From contig OY820905.2 of assembly GCA_963555755.3 (NCBI GenBank), positions 480,001 through 544,000 on the forward strand: DNA of 64,000 nucleotides, in the 5' to 3' direction. The translations under genes were made by a program, and so were the position numbers. Positions 20,895 through 31,145 of the stretch are shown one piece after another (the stretch's first letter is position 1; each line of letters opens with the position of its first letter). Source of the stretch: Nitrospirales bacterium (GTDB taxonomy: Bacteria; Nitrospirota; Nitrospiria; Nitrospirales; UBA8639). The notes under the pieces were generated by a model that saw only the letters and a list, made by a program, of their open reading frames with translations, ran no database searches and was not told the origin of the DNA.

Positions 20895-21678
20895 ATTGGG
20901 CAACCTTTGAAGTGAACAGAATTTTCAGATGTTCGGATGGAATGGTTTCGACACCTTTTTCCGTGATGCGTTTGATGATGGGATACAGGTTGGCTTCGTA
21001 ATTGACGCCGCCAGTGGCCGAGTCGAATTCAGCAGCGCTGGTGAGTAATCGCAGAATAATGATTGTGGCCTCTTCTTCATCAAGCGTGGCCAACGGATGC
21101 CCACTCCATCGGTTGAGGTAATGAAGGATGCCACGAATGGTGGGGGACCCGGATCCGGACATCGCATGATCCACGCCTTCAAACTCTGCGCCAAGGATAT
21201 CGTGGAAATAAATTTTTCCACATCCTAGTTGGAGGTCATATCCGGCAAAAACCGGGACCACGGCGCCGGTTCCAGCCAAAGCCGCCGGAGCATTTTCTTT
21301 GAGCAGTTTGGACAAGGCCCGCAATTTTCCTTCAAAGCTGAGATCTTGTAGTTGGCTTCGTCGAAAATATTTGAATGAATGTTCAAGCACTCTCGCCATT
21401 TCAAATGCGGTGGCGGGAACGCCGGCAATGGCCATGACGCAATACCGATCGATCTCTAACACTTTATCCGTCCGGTCGTACATGACCATATTCCCTGCAG
21501 TCGCTCGACGGTCACCCGCGACGAGGACGCCATCGCGATACTTCAATGCCAGGACGGTGGTTCCCTGGGTGATGGTAGAATGAGCCGTATGACCAGGTTC
21601 CCCAATATTCGGCGCGGGGATGTTAAATTGATAGCCGCGTTCTTTGAGGAGTTGAAAGAAATCGCCTTGAAAACCCAT
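20887..21678 (-). CDS. prcB: 20S proteasome beta subunit
   Basis: Propeptide then QG|TTVLA, AGDRRATAG, SGSGS, DSATGG. Confidence 0.93.
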   Translation of the reverse strand: MGFQGDFFQLLKERGYQFNIPAPNIGEPGHTAHSTITQGTTVLALKYRDGVLVAGDRRATAGNMVMYDRTDKVLEIDRYCVMAIAGVPATAFEMARVLEHSFKYFRRSQLQDLSFEGKLRALSKLLKENAPAALAGTGAVVPVFAGYDLQLGCGKIYFHDILGAEFEGVDHAMSGSGSPTIRGILHYLNRWSGHPLATLDEEEATIIILRLLTSAAEFDSATGGVNYEANLYPIIKRITEKGVETIPSEHLKILFTSKVAQYV

Positions 21679-21683
21679 GGTGA

Positions 21684-21920
21684 TTATTCCCCTGTGCGTT
21701 GACGGTAGCGTTCGGCTTGTTTGGGATCCACTTTTCGCATGCGCTTGAGTAGGTTGTCTCGGCTCGGAGATCCTGATTCCGGTTGTCGAGGTCCGGCTTC
21801 ATCTTCTTTGGGGCCGGGAGGTCTTGGCCCTGGATCAAGTGGGCGTTCTCGTCGTTCCAAGCTGGTTGGATGCTGGTTCCCTAACGGCTCCATTATATGA
21901 TGAGTATGTTCTGGATACAT
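21684..21920 (-). CDS. ubact: UBact ubiquitin-like modifier (78 aa)
   Basis: Disordered N-terminus, C-terminal LLKRMRKVDPKQAERYRQRTGE; AAGGAAGG RBS; position between dop and prcB. Confidence 0.9.
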   Translation of the reverse strand: MYPEHTHHIMEPLGNQHPTSLERRERPLDPGPRPPGPKEDEAGPRQPESGSPSRDNLLKRMRKVDPKQAERYRQRTGE

Positions 21921-21954
21921 GGTGCACCTTCCTTTAGGGCCTGTGTCGTACATA

Positions 21955-23457
21955 TTATGACATTGAAACCACATCTGCGAGATGTTTGGCATTGTCGATT
22001 TTCTGCCAAAGTCGCGTGATGTGGGCAGGATCAAAGAGGTCAGACATATCTAATTGTTGCGGTTGAGTCAAACTTTTGAGGTGAATGCGCTCCCATTGGA
22101 CCGATTGAATTTCATGCCGGAATTTCTTGACGCATAACCCGCGAATGCTGGCTCGGGTCGTCGTGGGGCCCTGCTGAATGGCTGTTCGAATTTCGTCCTC
22201 GGCGCAAAGCCGGTAAGCTTTTCCTTCTTGTTCAAGCCCTAAATACAGCCCCCGCTCAGTGTTGACATTATGATACTCAAGGTCAAGGCTAGCCAACCAC
22301 GGATCAGTCCACTCCAACCGTTCCTCCTGGGCAAACGATTCCAGCAACCATTGCTTGGTGACCCAGTCTATGCGTCCGATTAATTCGGCACGATTGTGTT
22401 CCAGTTGGGCGAGGGTCGTTTCCCAATTCGTGAGAATCCAATCACTGTCCTCATTGACTCCTGCGAATGCGCGGTTGGCTGCGGAAAGATACGCCTTCTG
22501 GATTTCCAATCCTGCGATCGCTTTGCCTGACTTCAAGGGAATGGTAGCTTTCAAGTCTGGATCGCGTGAAATCGTTTTAATGGCCAAAACGGAATCCGCT
22601 AATTTAAATTGAGGCGCAGCGTTTTTAGCAATAAGGTCGAGCACGAGTTGTGTTGTCCCAACTTTGAGTGCCGTGGCAAATTCACACATATTGGCATCAC
22701 CGACGATCAGATGAAGCCGGCGATATTTTTGTCGATTCGCATGCGGTTCATCGCGCGTATTAAGGATGGGCCGGTTGTGCATGGTATCTACGCTCAACTC
22801 GGTTTCCATGAAGTCTGCACGTTGAGAGAGTTGAAACACGCCAGGCTGATACGAACTGTCCTGTGCTTCGATTCCGAGTTTTCCCGCGCCAGAAAATAAT
22901 TGGCGAGTGATGAGGAAGGGGATGAGGCCGTCGGTTAATTGATCAAAAGGAAGCGTTCTCGAAATCAAATAATTGTCATGACATCCGTAACTGTGTCCAT
23001 GAAAATCCGTATTGTTTTTATAGAGTTGAACCGCTGGTGATCCAAGTGTGGCGTTTCGGGTATTCGCGGCATGTTGAATGATTCGTTCACCGGCACGATC
23101 ATGAGCAATAAGTTCATGCAATGTGGAACATTCTGGCGTGGAATATTCCGGGTGCGTGTGATCGTTATAAAACCGCGCACCGTTTGATAGCACAAGGTCG
23201 CTTTTCATTTCATAAAACGAAAAGGGCCGATTTGCATCCAGGGTAGCAAATTGTTCTTCTTCCACATCCTGTTGGAGGCCTTTGACTCGGAAGCCGCGTT
23301 GATCTTTGTGCGGGTCCTCACCTTGATAATCCCAGGTCTGTTCAAATTTGTCGGATAAATAGGCGCGAACCAGCTCCATGGATTCGACAACGGGATCGGA
23401 CTGCTCTTGATCTTCCCGGATAATGCCGTACTCAGTTTCAATGCCAAACAGTCTCAT
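21955..23457 (-). CDS. dop: Dop/PafA2 depupylase-deamidase
   Basis: MRLFGIETEYG, NGARFYNDHTHPEYSTPEC, YGCHDNY, GDAN. Confidence 0.88.
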   Translation of the reverse strand: MRLFGIETEYGIIREDQEQSDPVVESMELVRAYLSDKFEQTWDYQGEDPHKDQRGFRVKGLQQDVEEEQFATLDANRPFSFYEMKSDLVLSNGARFYNDHTHPEYSTPECSTLHELIAHDRAGERIIQHAANTRNATLGSPAVQLYKNNTDFHGHSYGCHDNYLISRTLPFDQLTDGLIPFLITRQLFSGAGKLGIEAQDSSYQPGVFQLSQRADFMETELSVDTMHNRPILNTRDEPHANRQKYRRLHLIVGDANMCEFATALKVGTTQLVLDLIAKNAAPQFKLADSVLAIKTISRDPDLKATIPLKSGKAIAGLEIQKAYLSAANRAFAGVNEDSDWILTNWETTLAQLEHNRAELIGRIDWVTKQWLLESFAQEERLEWTDPWLASLDLEYHNVNTERGLYLGLEQEGKAYRLCAEDEIRTAIQQGPTTTRASIRGLCVKKFRHEIQSVQWERIHLKSLTQPQQLDMSDLFDPAHITRLWQKIDNAKHLADVVSMS

Positions 23458-23482
23458 GATAGTTGGAGGAAATGTTTTGAAA

Positions 23483-25219
23483 CTAAATAATAGTGCGCGT
23501 GAGCCATTCTTCGGTTCTTCGGCCTTTTCGGAATGACGAGACACCCACGACTTGATCCGGATGATGATCAAGCAGTTTCAGCCATTCTTCCGCTGAATCA
23601 TCAGGGGGAAGAATTTCGCCGTCGCGAAATTCGTCGCTAATGGACTGGATGACATCCTCTAAGGTCAGGCCATGAGCATCATCGTTGATGGTGCGTTCAA
23701 TGGCTCGTTCTTTGGCCCTTTGAGCGAGGGATGCCAAAATGGCTCCACTGAGCAGATCGCTTCGGTAGAGGGTTTCGTTCTTACCATTTCGTAATCGAAT
23801 GCTGAGAACACGATTGTCATCAGATTTTTTAAACAAGGAGTCGATGGTTTCCTGGATGAGCGCGTTGCACGCGGTTTCCGCATCGTTGGCATGTGCGGCC
23901 AAAAGATCCTCAGAAAAAGGCAGCGCAGGTGTCAGGTAAATCCGAAGAATGTCCTGAGCTTCCTGTCGGGCTGGCCGTTCGACTTTAATTTTTCGATCAA
24001 TACGTCCTGGTCGAAGGACGGCGGGGTCGATTAAATCCGGGCGATTGGATGCCACGATGACTACCACATCTTGAAGAGAATCCACGCCATCCAGTTCAGC
24101 ACAAAACATGGGGACGAGCGTATTGGCAATGTTGTACGACCGCACAGCTCGCCGAGTGCCTAAAATGGATTCCGCTTCATCAATGAACAAGAAGGGGAGT
24201 AGGCCTTCTTTTCGTCGTTCGCGGGCCTGAGTAAAGAGGTCACGAATAATGCGTTCGGATTCACCCACCCACATATTCAAGACTTCCGGGCCTTTGACAT
24301 GAAGAAAGGCCCCGCCGGTGATAGGGGGAAGTTGACTCGTGGCGGAATCCTCTGAAGTAACAGCCGCTTGGTGTTGAGACACAAGATTAGCCAGGCTTGC
24401 GGCCGTGGCTTTCCCAATCAGCGTTTTGCCACAACCCGGTGGCCCGTATAAAAGAAACCCCTTGGGTTGCGTAAATTGATACGCCTCAAACGTCTTGGCA
24501 TGCAGCAGAGGATATTCAATGGCTCGGCGAATAGCCTCAATGGCCTTCTGTTGCCCACCGATTTGTTCCCAGGTGACGTTGGGTGTTTCATCGAGCATAT
24601 GCTTGGTGTTTTGGGTGCTCTCGATTCGTTCGATCCCTAATCGCTGCGTGGGATCGAGTCTAAGCTCATCGCCAGGCTTTAACGAAATATCTTTGAGAAC
24701 ATGGCTTAGGTCAATAAGTTGCCCAGGTCGCCCGGCTTCAGAATCGAGGCGAACCCGACCATCTGTGAGCAGTTCTTTGATTTTGACAATCGGACCGCTC
24801 CGATCAAATCCCAACGTGCCAATGAGGGCGTAGGCTTCATTCACTAAAATTTGCGCGCCAATCTCGAGTTCATCTGGATTTAGTTGAGGGTCAATATTGG
24901 CATAGAACTCACTGCCCCCCACGGAAATACGAGCGACCCCCTCAGTAGGTTTATCAAGTAGGGTGCCAATGCGGTTTGCAGGTGCCGTGAGTTTCTCCAC
25001 GACGCTTTGCAGTTTTTTTATTTCGGCTTCCCGTTGTTGTTGCGACACGCCTTCCTGCAACAGTTGATGCTGAATTTTATAGAGCAACTTTTGCTGGGGT
25101 GCGTCATCTGGAAGCGTGGCTAAGCATTCATCAATGAGAACGAGAGGGTCTGTCTTGGTCGGCTGTTCCCCCCCTGACCCCGTATCCTCTGGTATGTGAG
25201 ATGGCATTCGATCACTCAT
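23483..25219 (-). CDS. arc: Proteasome AAA ATPase (ARC/Mpa)
   Basis: Coiled coil + OB region, GPPGCGKT, KGPEVLNMWVGESER, FIDEAE, RPGRID. Confidence 0.92.
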   Translation of the reverse strand: MSDRMPSHIPEDTGSGGEQPTKTDPLVLIDECLATLPDDAPQQKLLYKIQHQLLQEGVSQQQREAEIKKLQSVVEKLTAPANRIGTLLDKPTEGVARISVGGSEFYANIDPQLNPDELEIGAQILVNEAYALIGTLGFDRSGPIVKIKELLTDGRVRLDSEAGRPGQLIDLSHVLKDISLKPGDELRLDPTQRLGIERIESTQNTKHMLDETPNVTWEQIGGQQKAIEAIRRAIEYPLLHAKTFEAYQFTQPKGFLLYGPPGCGKTLIGKATAASLANLVSQHQAAVTSEDSATSQLPPITGGAFLHVKGPEVLNMWVGESERIIRDLFTQARERRKEGLLPFLFIDEAESILGTRRAVRSYNIANTLVPMFCAELDGVDSLQDVVVIVASNRPDLIDPAVLRPGRIDRKIKVERPARQEAQDILRIYLTPALPFSEDLLAAHANDAETACNALIQETIDSLFKKSDDNRVLSIRLRNGKNETLYRSDLLSGAILASLAQRAKERAIERTINDDAHGLTLEDVIQSISDEFRDGEILPPDDSAEEWLKLLDHHPDQVVGVSSFRKGRRTEEWLTRTII

Positions 25220-25589
25220 CGCGTCTTACTTCCGGTTTATATTTAAGAGTTCCCCTACCTCATGGTCCTTACTATTCTTTATTGTACCTATCCATTCCCT
25301 TAACGCTACAAGAAATTTCTTGAAAAATGAAGTAGGATTGCTAAAAGGGTACCACCTTATGAAACGATAACACAAAAACTTTGGCCGAATGGAACTTGGC
25401 TTCACCCATAGCTCGTTGCCTGTTAATTCATCCAATAGTGAATAATGGTACGGTTTTAAGGTGAGGAGCCCGATAAATCGGGCAAATACAGTACACTTCA
25501 CACATGGTATCTTATGATCACAGGCAGGTGGGGATGCGAGGCTGTGCGTGTAGGCTAACGAAAGAAATCGTGCCCAATGCTCGGTTAAA

Positions 25590-26879
25590 TTAGGCCGACT
25601 TCCGGATTAATTGAGGGGTGGTTTCTCCTCGAATCACTCTATCGGTGATGACGACCTCTTGAATCCCTTCCAACGCTGGTGTGTCATACATCAAATCAAG
25701 CATCTTCTCTTCCAGAATACTTCGTAACGCGCGGGCACCGGTTTTCAATGTAGCGGCTTTATGAGCAATGGTCTGAATCGCTTCGTCCGTAAAAACCAGG
25801 TCGATCCCATCGAGTTCAAACAATGCCCGATACTGTTTGGCTAGTGCATTTTTTGGTTCGGTCAGCACTCGTACCAAATCCGACTCACTCAAGTCCCTGA
25901 GTGTTGTCATAATGGGAAACCGTCCGACGAATTCAGGGATCAATCCGTACTTCAGCAAATCTTCCGGTTGAACAAGAGGGAGCAATTCACTGGCATGTGA
26001 TTGGGTTTGCGCTTCAGGGTTGGCGCCAAACCCAAGCCGTTTATGACTGGTGCGTTGGGCAATGATTTGATCCAAGCCCACAAACGCTCCACCACAAATG
26101 AACAAGATGTTCTTAGTATTGATCTTAATGTATTCTTGATCGGGATGCTTTCGCCCGCCTTTGGGAGGAATATTGCACGTGGTCCCCTCCACGAGTTTGA
26201 GCAAAGCTTGTTGCACACCTTCACCCGAAACATCACGAGTAATCGAGGCGCTTTCGGACTTGCGACTGATCTTATCGATCTCGTCAATGTAGATGATTCC
26301 GGTTTCGGCTCGTTTGGCATCAAAGTCACAGGATTGCAGGAGCTTGAGCACGACGTTTTCGACGTCTTCACCCACGTACCCGGCTTCAGTGACCGTCGTC
26401 GCATCGGCAATGGCAAACGGCACTTGGAGCATACGGGCAAGGGTTTGCGCCAATAAGGTTTTCCCGGTTCCCGTCGGACCAATGAGTAGGACATTACCTT
26501 TTTCTAACTCGACGTCTTTGATTTCCTTCCCACTGAACACGCGTTTGTAGTGATTATGCACGGCAACAGCCAGGACTTTTTTCGCTTGCTCTTGTCCAAT
26601 AACATATTGATCGAGAACGGCTTTAATATCGGGTGGCCGGAGCAGTTTAAAATCTTGAGGAGGCGATAGGACTTCCAAAGGTTTGGGAGCATGTTCCGCC
26701 AGAAAACGCCCACAGAGTTGAACGCATTCGTTACAGATTAACAGGGTGGTATCATTGCGACACGTTCCACAGGTGTATTTCGAGGGGCTTTGAATAAATC
26801 CGGAAACGGCATTTTGCGCCTTCCCGCAAAAAGAACACATTGGTTCAGAGGTCCCGTGTTTCGAATCCCAAAACGGCAT
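25590..26879 (-). CDS. clpX: ClpX ATPase (zinc-binding domain with insertion; no adjacent clpP)
   Basis: [38 protein letters not shown] loop, GARALR. Confidence 0.93.
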   Translation of the reverse strand: MPFWDSKHGTSEPMCSFCGKAQNAVSGFIQSPSKYTCGTCRNDTTLLICNECVQLCGRFLAEHAPKPLEVLSPPQDFKLLRPPDIKAVLDQYVIGQEQAKKVLAVAVHNHYKRVFSGKEIKDVELEKGNVLLIGPTGTGKTLLAQTLARMLQVPFAIADATTVTEAGYVGEDVENVVLKLLQSCDFDAKRAETGIIYIDEIDKISRKSESASITRDVSGEGVQQALLKLVEGTTCNIPPKGGRKHPDQEYIKINTKNILFICGGAFVGLDQIIAQRTSHKRLGFGANPEAQTQSHASELLPLVQPEDLLKYGLIPEFVGRFPIMTTLRDLSESDLVRVLTEPKNALAKQYRALFELDGIDLVFTDEAIQTIAHKAATLKTGARALRSILEEKMLDLMYDTPALEGIQEVVITDRVIRGETTPQLIRKSA

Positions 26880-27097
26880 GGATTACTTCCTTGGTTGAAG
26901 CCAATAAACGTTCAGTTAATGTGAATGTGGGCAATACGAATTCACTACGTAATCAACCTGAATTCATCATAGCCTGAAGATGGGCGTATTTCAAATAGAA
27001 AGGTAACAGACTATCACTCGTCCCTGATTGGCCGATTCTTTTGACCAATTTACGGAGAAGATGGTAGATAGGTTTCAGGTAAATCATAATTGATCTT

Positions 27098-28897
27098 TTG
27101 AGTATTGGGTATTTCGTGCAAGATATCTCTCCCACTCTTTCCTCGATTCTTCAACAACCAGGCAATTTGGCTTTATCAGGCAATCTTACCTTTGCATCAG
27201 AGACAGGCATTGCCCATGTTTCACTGCGCCGACAACAGAGTGGACATTGTGTTGTCTATGGCCCACACGGACGACGAATTCTTTTGACAGACCCAGATGG
27301 CAACCCACTTCATGAATGCGAATGGGCACAGTCTTCGGATGGTAGTATTCGTTTTGTGTCGGCTCGACTGTTCCTTGATTGGAATCAGTGGGTAGGGATC
27401 AAACCTTCCGGGCTGATCAACACCATGACCATGGACCTCTCCACCCGACCTGGTTGGCAATCGCTGACCCGCCAGGATTTACGCCACATGGCCTCAAAGG
27501 CGATGGGTGTGACACTAGGGGAAGTAGAGTTTTTCTATACCGACGCTGATTTGCTCATCGAGCCATCTGGACAGGCCACGATCCAACAGCGAAAGGATGC
27601 ATTGTATATTTTGGATGATGGCACGTTTTATCATGCACGTTTTATGTCCTGCATGAGTGCCATGCACTGGGAGGCAATAGATTATCTTCCGGTCGTTGAG
27701 CTTTTTAAATCGTTGTTGCCGGGAACGGGGAGTGCGACCTTCGAATTAATTCGTGGGCTCTATGATGACCAAAATCCTCACAGCCCGAGACCACTTCAGT
27801 ATCGCGGCATCCCAACCTATCCCTCTCAAGCAGCTTTTGGTCTGTTCAGTAATTTTTTCACTGCTTCATACTCGGGACACGAAAGTCCTTTTTCAATATT
27901 TATGGATACACCGCGTTCTCATGAAGTATCGTGGTTGCCGAATGCGGACCCGCCGGTTCGCTATATTGATTCCCCGCACAATGTGTGTTTGACGATTAAG
28001 CAAGGAAAAATTCAGAAAGCCACACTGACGACAGATTCGACAGGTCTGCCATTCTCCACTCCTAATTCACAAGGGTTTGCCCCTTGTGCCCGAACATTGG
28101 CCATACAAAACAATCAACTGATACTTCAGGATTACACATCGACGGAAACTTTTCCGGTGAGTTCGAATTGGGGTGTAATCTCTGATCAAGGTGAGGCCTT
28201 AGCTCCTCAATTATCAACGGCTTCGGATTGGAGAAATCTTTTCCCTGAGGGGGTACCTGCCATAACACCCCAAGAAGCATTTTCCGCAGTGCTTCTGTAT
28301 CAAAAAGATGAGTCGGTGATTGAGGAATATGCAAGCCAACCCTTTGTGGCGGATTTCCTTGATGACCTGTTCGAACAAGATGCTCGCCTTGCCCACCAAA
28401 AAGCCGAGGCCAAGCACCTCATGATCCACGGTTTTGATGCGAGTATTGGGACCTGTTTAGTACTCGACCATCCACGATCCCACACCATATTTTTCACCCA
28501 TGCGGCGTTGGCACAAAAACAGGCACAGTTGTTGTGGAATCAACTGGCTCGAAGCAATCGGTTGGATTGGCTCCCATCGTTTCGCTTTTGTCCTGCCGCG
28601 TCTGCTGGAAATGAAGGAACCTATGATTGGCTCTATCGATGGATCTCCTTTGCCGAATATGGCCAAGATCAAACCCTAGAACACAAAATCCGGGAAATCT
28701 TAGTAACCTTGGCCCCACGGGGTGTGGCCTTTGTTGCCGGTCCCGAATCCATTCCTGCCCTCGTAGCGAATCATCCTGTCCAAATTCTCTTTGGTGAGAA
28801 ATGCTCTGACCTTCAACCCTTTCACATGCATCGATCCATTTTACCGAAATCCCACCTCAATCCGCGTCTCCATATTTGGTGTCTGCAGAAAATCTAA
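27098..28897 (+). CDS. Hypothetical protein, ~600 aa (start uncertain)
   Basis: Long uninterrupted ORF; no recognised family; C-terminus faintly methyltransferase-like. Confidence 0.75.
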   Translation: MSIGYFVQDISPTLSSILQQPGNLALSGNLTFASETGIAHVSLRRQQSGHCVVYGPHGRRILLTDPDGNPLHECEWAQSSDGSIRFVSARLFLDWNQWVGIKPSGLINTMTMDLSTRPGWQSLTRQDLRHMASKAMGVTLGEVEFFYTDADLLIEPSGQATIQQRKDALYILDDGTFYHARFMSCMSAMHWEAIDYLPVVELFKSLLPGTGSATFELIRGLYDDQNPHSPRPLQYRGIPTYPSQAAFGLFSNFFTASYSGHESPFSIFMDTPRSHEVSWLPNADPPVRYIDSPHNVCLTIKQGKIQKATLTTDSTGLPFSTPNSQGFAPCARTLAIQNNQLILQDYTSTETFPVSSNWGVISDQGEALAPQLSTASDWRNLFPEGVPAITPQEAFSAVLLYQKDESVIEEYASQPFVADFLDDLFEQDARLAHQKAEAKHLMIHGFDASIGTCLVLDHPRSHTIFFTHAALAQKQAQLLWNQLARSNRLDWLPSFRFCPAASAGNEGTYDWLYRWISFAEYGQDQTLEHKIREILVTLAPRGVAFVAGPESIPALVANHPVQILFGEKCSDLQPFHMHRSILPKSHLNPRLHIWCLQKI

Positions 28898-29000
28898 ATG
28901 GTTGGCTGTCCACAATTTTTTTACGGGTGTGGTTGAGTAATAATAACATTTAAAAATGGAGTACAATTGTGACTTATTTCATGAAACGCAAAGAGCCATA

Positions 29001-29258
29001 GGGAATATTCAAAAAGGTGCGCTCAGCAAGGCCGCAGGCGCTTTGGCGCGCGGAGCGTACGGGTGAGTACGTGAGCACGACAAAGGGCCGAGAACGCCGC
29101 TGACGCCCTTTTTCAACAGCCCAAAAAGAGCATTGGGGAATGTTCAAAAAGGTGCGCTCAGCAAGGCCGCAGGCGCTTTGGCGCGCGGAGCGTACTCATA
29201 GTACGTGAGCACGACAAAGGGCCGAGAACGCCGCTGACGCCCTTTTTCAACATTCCCC
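29001..29258. repeat. Two tandem copies of MITE family A (~122 bp each)
   Basis: GGGAAT.TTCAAAAA..TTTTTCAACA..CCC termini; core gcgcggagcgtac..gtacgtgagcacg. Confidence 0.9.
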
Positions 29259-29267
29259 TAAGGAATC

Positions 29268-29296
29268 TTGACTTGGTCCGTTGGACCACGTAGGAT
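29268..29296 (+). promoter_or_regulatory. sigma70 promoter of the pyr operon
   Basis: TTGACT-17 bp-TAGGAT directly upstream of the PyrR leader. Confidence 0.7.
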
Positions 29297-29303
29297 GAGG
29301 CTG

Positions 29304-29417
29304 CCTTTAATGTCCCATCCTGTGAGGTGGGAAAGGAGACAAACATGAATAACTCGGGGTTATTTCACCCCTTACATTTCTAGCCTTTCTCTCGATTCGA
29401 GGGGAAGGTTTTTTTTT
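29304..29417 (+). promoter_or_regulatory. PyrR-binding leader and attenuator terminator
   Basis: CCTTTAA..CCCATCCTGTGAGGTGGGAAAGG binding loop (UCCNGNGAGG consensus); hairpin GCCTTTCTCTCG/CGAGGGGAAGGT followed by a T-run. Confidence 0.82.
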
Positions 29418-29422
29418 GCCTA

Positions 29423-30047
<625 letters not shown>

Positions 30048-30051
30048 CATC

Positions 30052-30972
30052 ATGAGCCTTAAACGTAAAGACCTCTTGAGTATCGCTTCATTGTCGCCAG
30101 AAGAAATTGGGTTCCTCTTGGAAGCCTCTGAGCCATTCAAGGAGGTAAGTGGGCGGGAAATCAAAAAGGTTCCAGCACTCCGCGGAAAAACCGTGGTGAA
30201 CTTGTTTTTTGAACCGAGCACTCGCACACGAACATCCTTCGAGCTGGCGGCCAAACGTCTCAGCGCAGACGTGATTAACTTTTCGCCTGAGTCAAGTAGT
30301 GTGGTGAAAGGGGAGACGCTTCTCGATACAGCTCGGAATATCGAGGCGATGCAGGCAGACATTATTGTTCTGCGACATTCGTCGGCGGGGTCCGCAGAAG
30401 TCCTCGCTAAAAATGTACGGTCGTCGGTGATTAATGCTGGTGATGGCTGGCACGAACATCCGACGCAAGCACTGCTGGACCTTTTTACGATCAAAGAAAA
30501 GAAGGGACAGTTGAACAATTTAAACGTAGCCATCGTCGGTGATGTAGCTCATAGCCGTGTGGCTCGCTCCAATATTCATGCGTTGACCAAAATGGGAGCT
30601 GAAGTTCGAATCGTCGGTCCCCTCACGATGATTCCTCCGTTTATTCAACGGATGGGGGTCAAGGTCTTTTCGAATTTTGATGAAGCCTTGCCTGGGGTGG
30701 ATGTCATTATCATGCTGCGGCTGCAACTCGAACGCCAGGGGCGTTCCTTGTTCCCGTCGATCCGCGAATATGCCAAGCTGTATGGTCTCACCACGGAACG
30801 TGTTCACCGTACAGGCACCGATGTCCTCGTCATGCACCCAGGTCCCATCAATCGAGGCGTGGAAATTTCGCATGAAGTTGCGGATAGCTGCCAAGCGGCG
30901 ATTTTGGACCAAGTATCAAACGGAGTCGCGGTACGGATGGGCCTGATGTATCTGTTGTCGCAATTGCAATAA
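30052..30972 (+). CDS. pyrB: Aspartate carbamoyltransferase
   Basis: FFEPSTRTR, HPTQALLD, HPGPINRG. Confidence 0.97.
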   Translation: MSLKRKDLLSIASLSPEEIGFLLEASEPFKEVSGREIKKVPALRGKTVVNLFFEPSTRTRTSFELAAKRLSADVINFSPESSSVVKGETLLDTARNIEAMQADIIVLRHSSAGSAEVLAKNVRSSVINAGDGWHEHPTQALLDLFTIKEKKGQLNNLNVAIVGDVAHSRVARSNIHALTKMGAEVRIVGPLTMIPPFIQRMGVKVFSNFDEALPGVDVIIMLRLQLERQGRSLFPSIREYAKLYGLTTERVHRTGTDVLVMHPGPINRGVEISHEVADSCQAAILDQVSNGVAVRMGLMYLLSQLQ

Positions 30973-30984
30973 AAATTAGTAACT

Positions 30985-31100
30985 ACTCAGGTGGATAGAC
31001 TGAAGGCCGAAGGCTTTTAGGGGGAAAGCATACATGATCATACAAAAAGTCAGTCAATATGAGTGATAGCCTTCAACCTTCAACCTAAATACCTGAGCAG
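30985..31100. repeat. Inverted heptamer-repeat element (CTGAAGG / CCTTCAA) with CTCAGGT/ACCTGAG arms
   Basis: gactgaaggccgaagg .. gccttcaaccttcaacc. Confidence 0.55.
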
Positions 31101-31145
31101 TTATGAAAAATATTCTGGTCATCGAGAAGGACAGGCACTAATAAC

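Noticed and set aside
21684..21920. Canonical Pup
   Set aside because: The C-terminus is RTGE, not GGQ/GGE, which fits UBact
25226..25501. 91-aa ORF between clpX and arc
   Set aside because: AT-rich, no motifs, no clear RBS; more likely a promoter region
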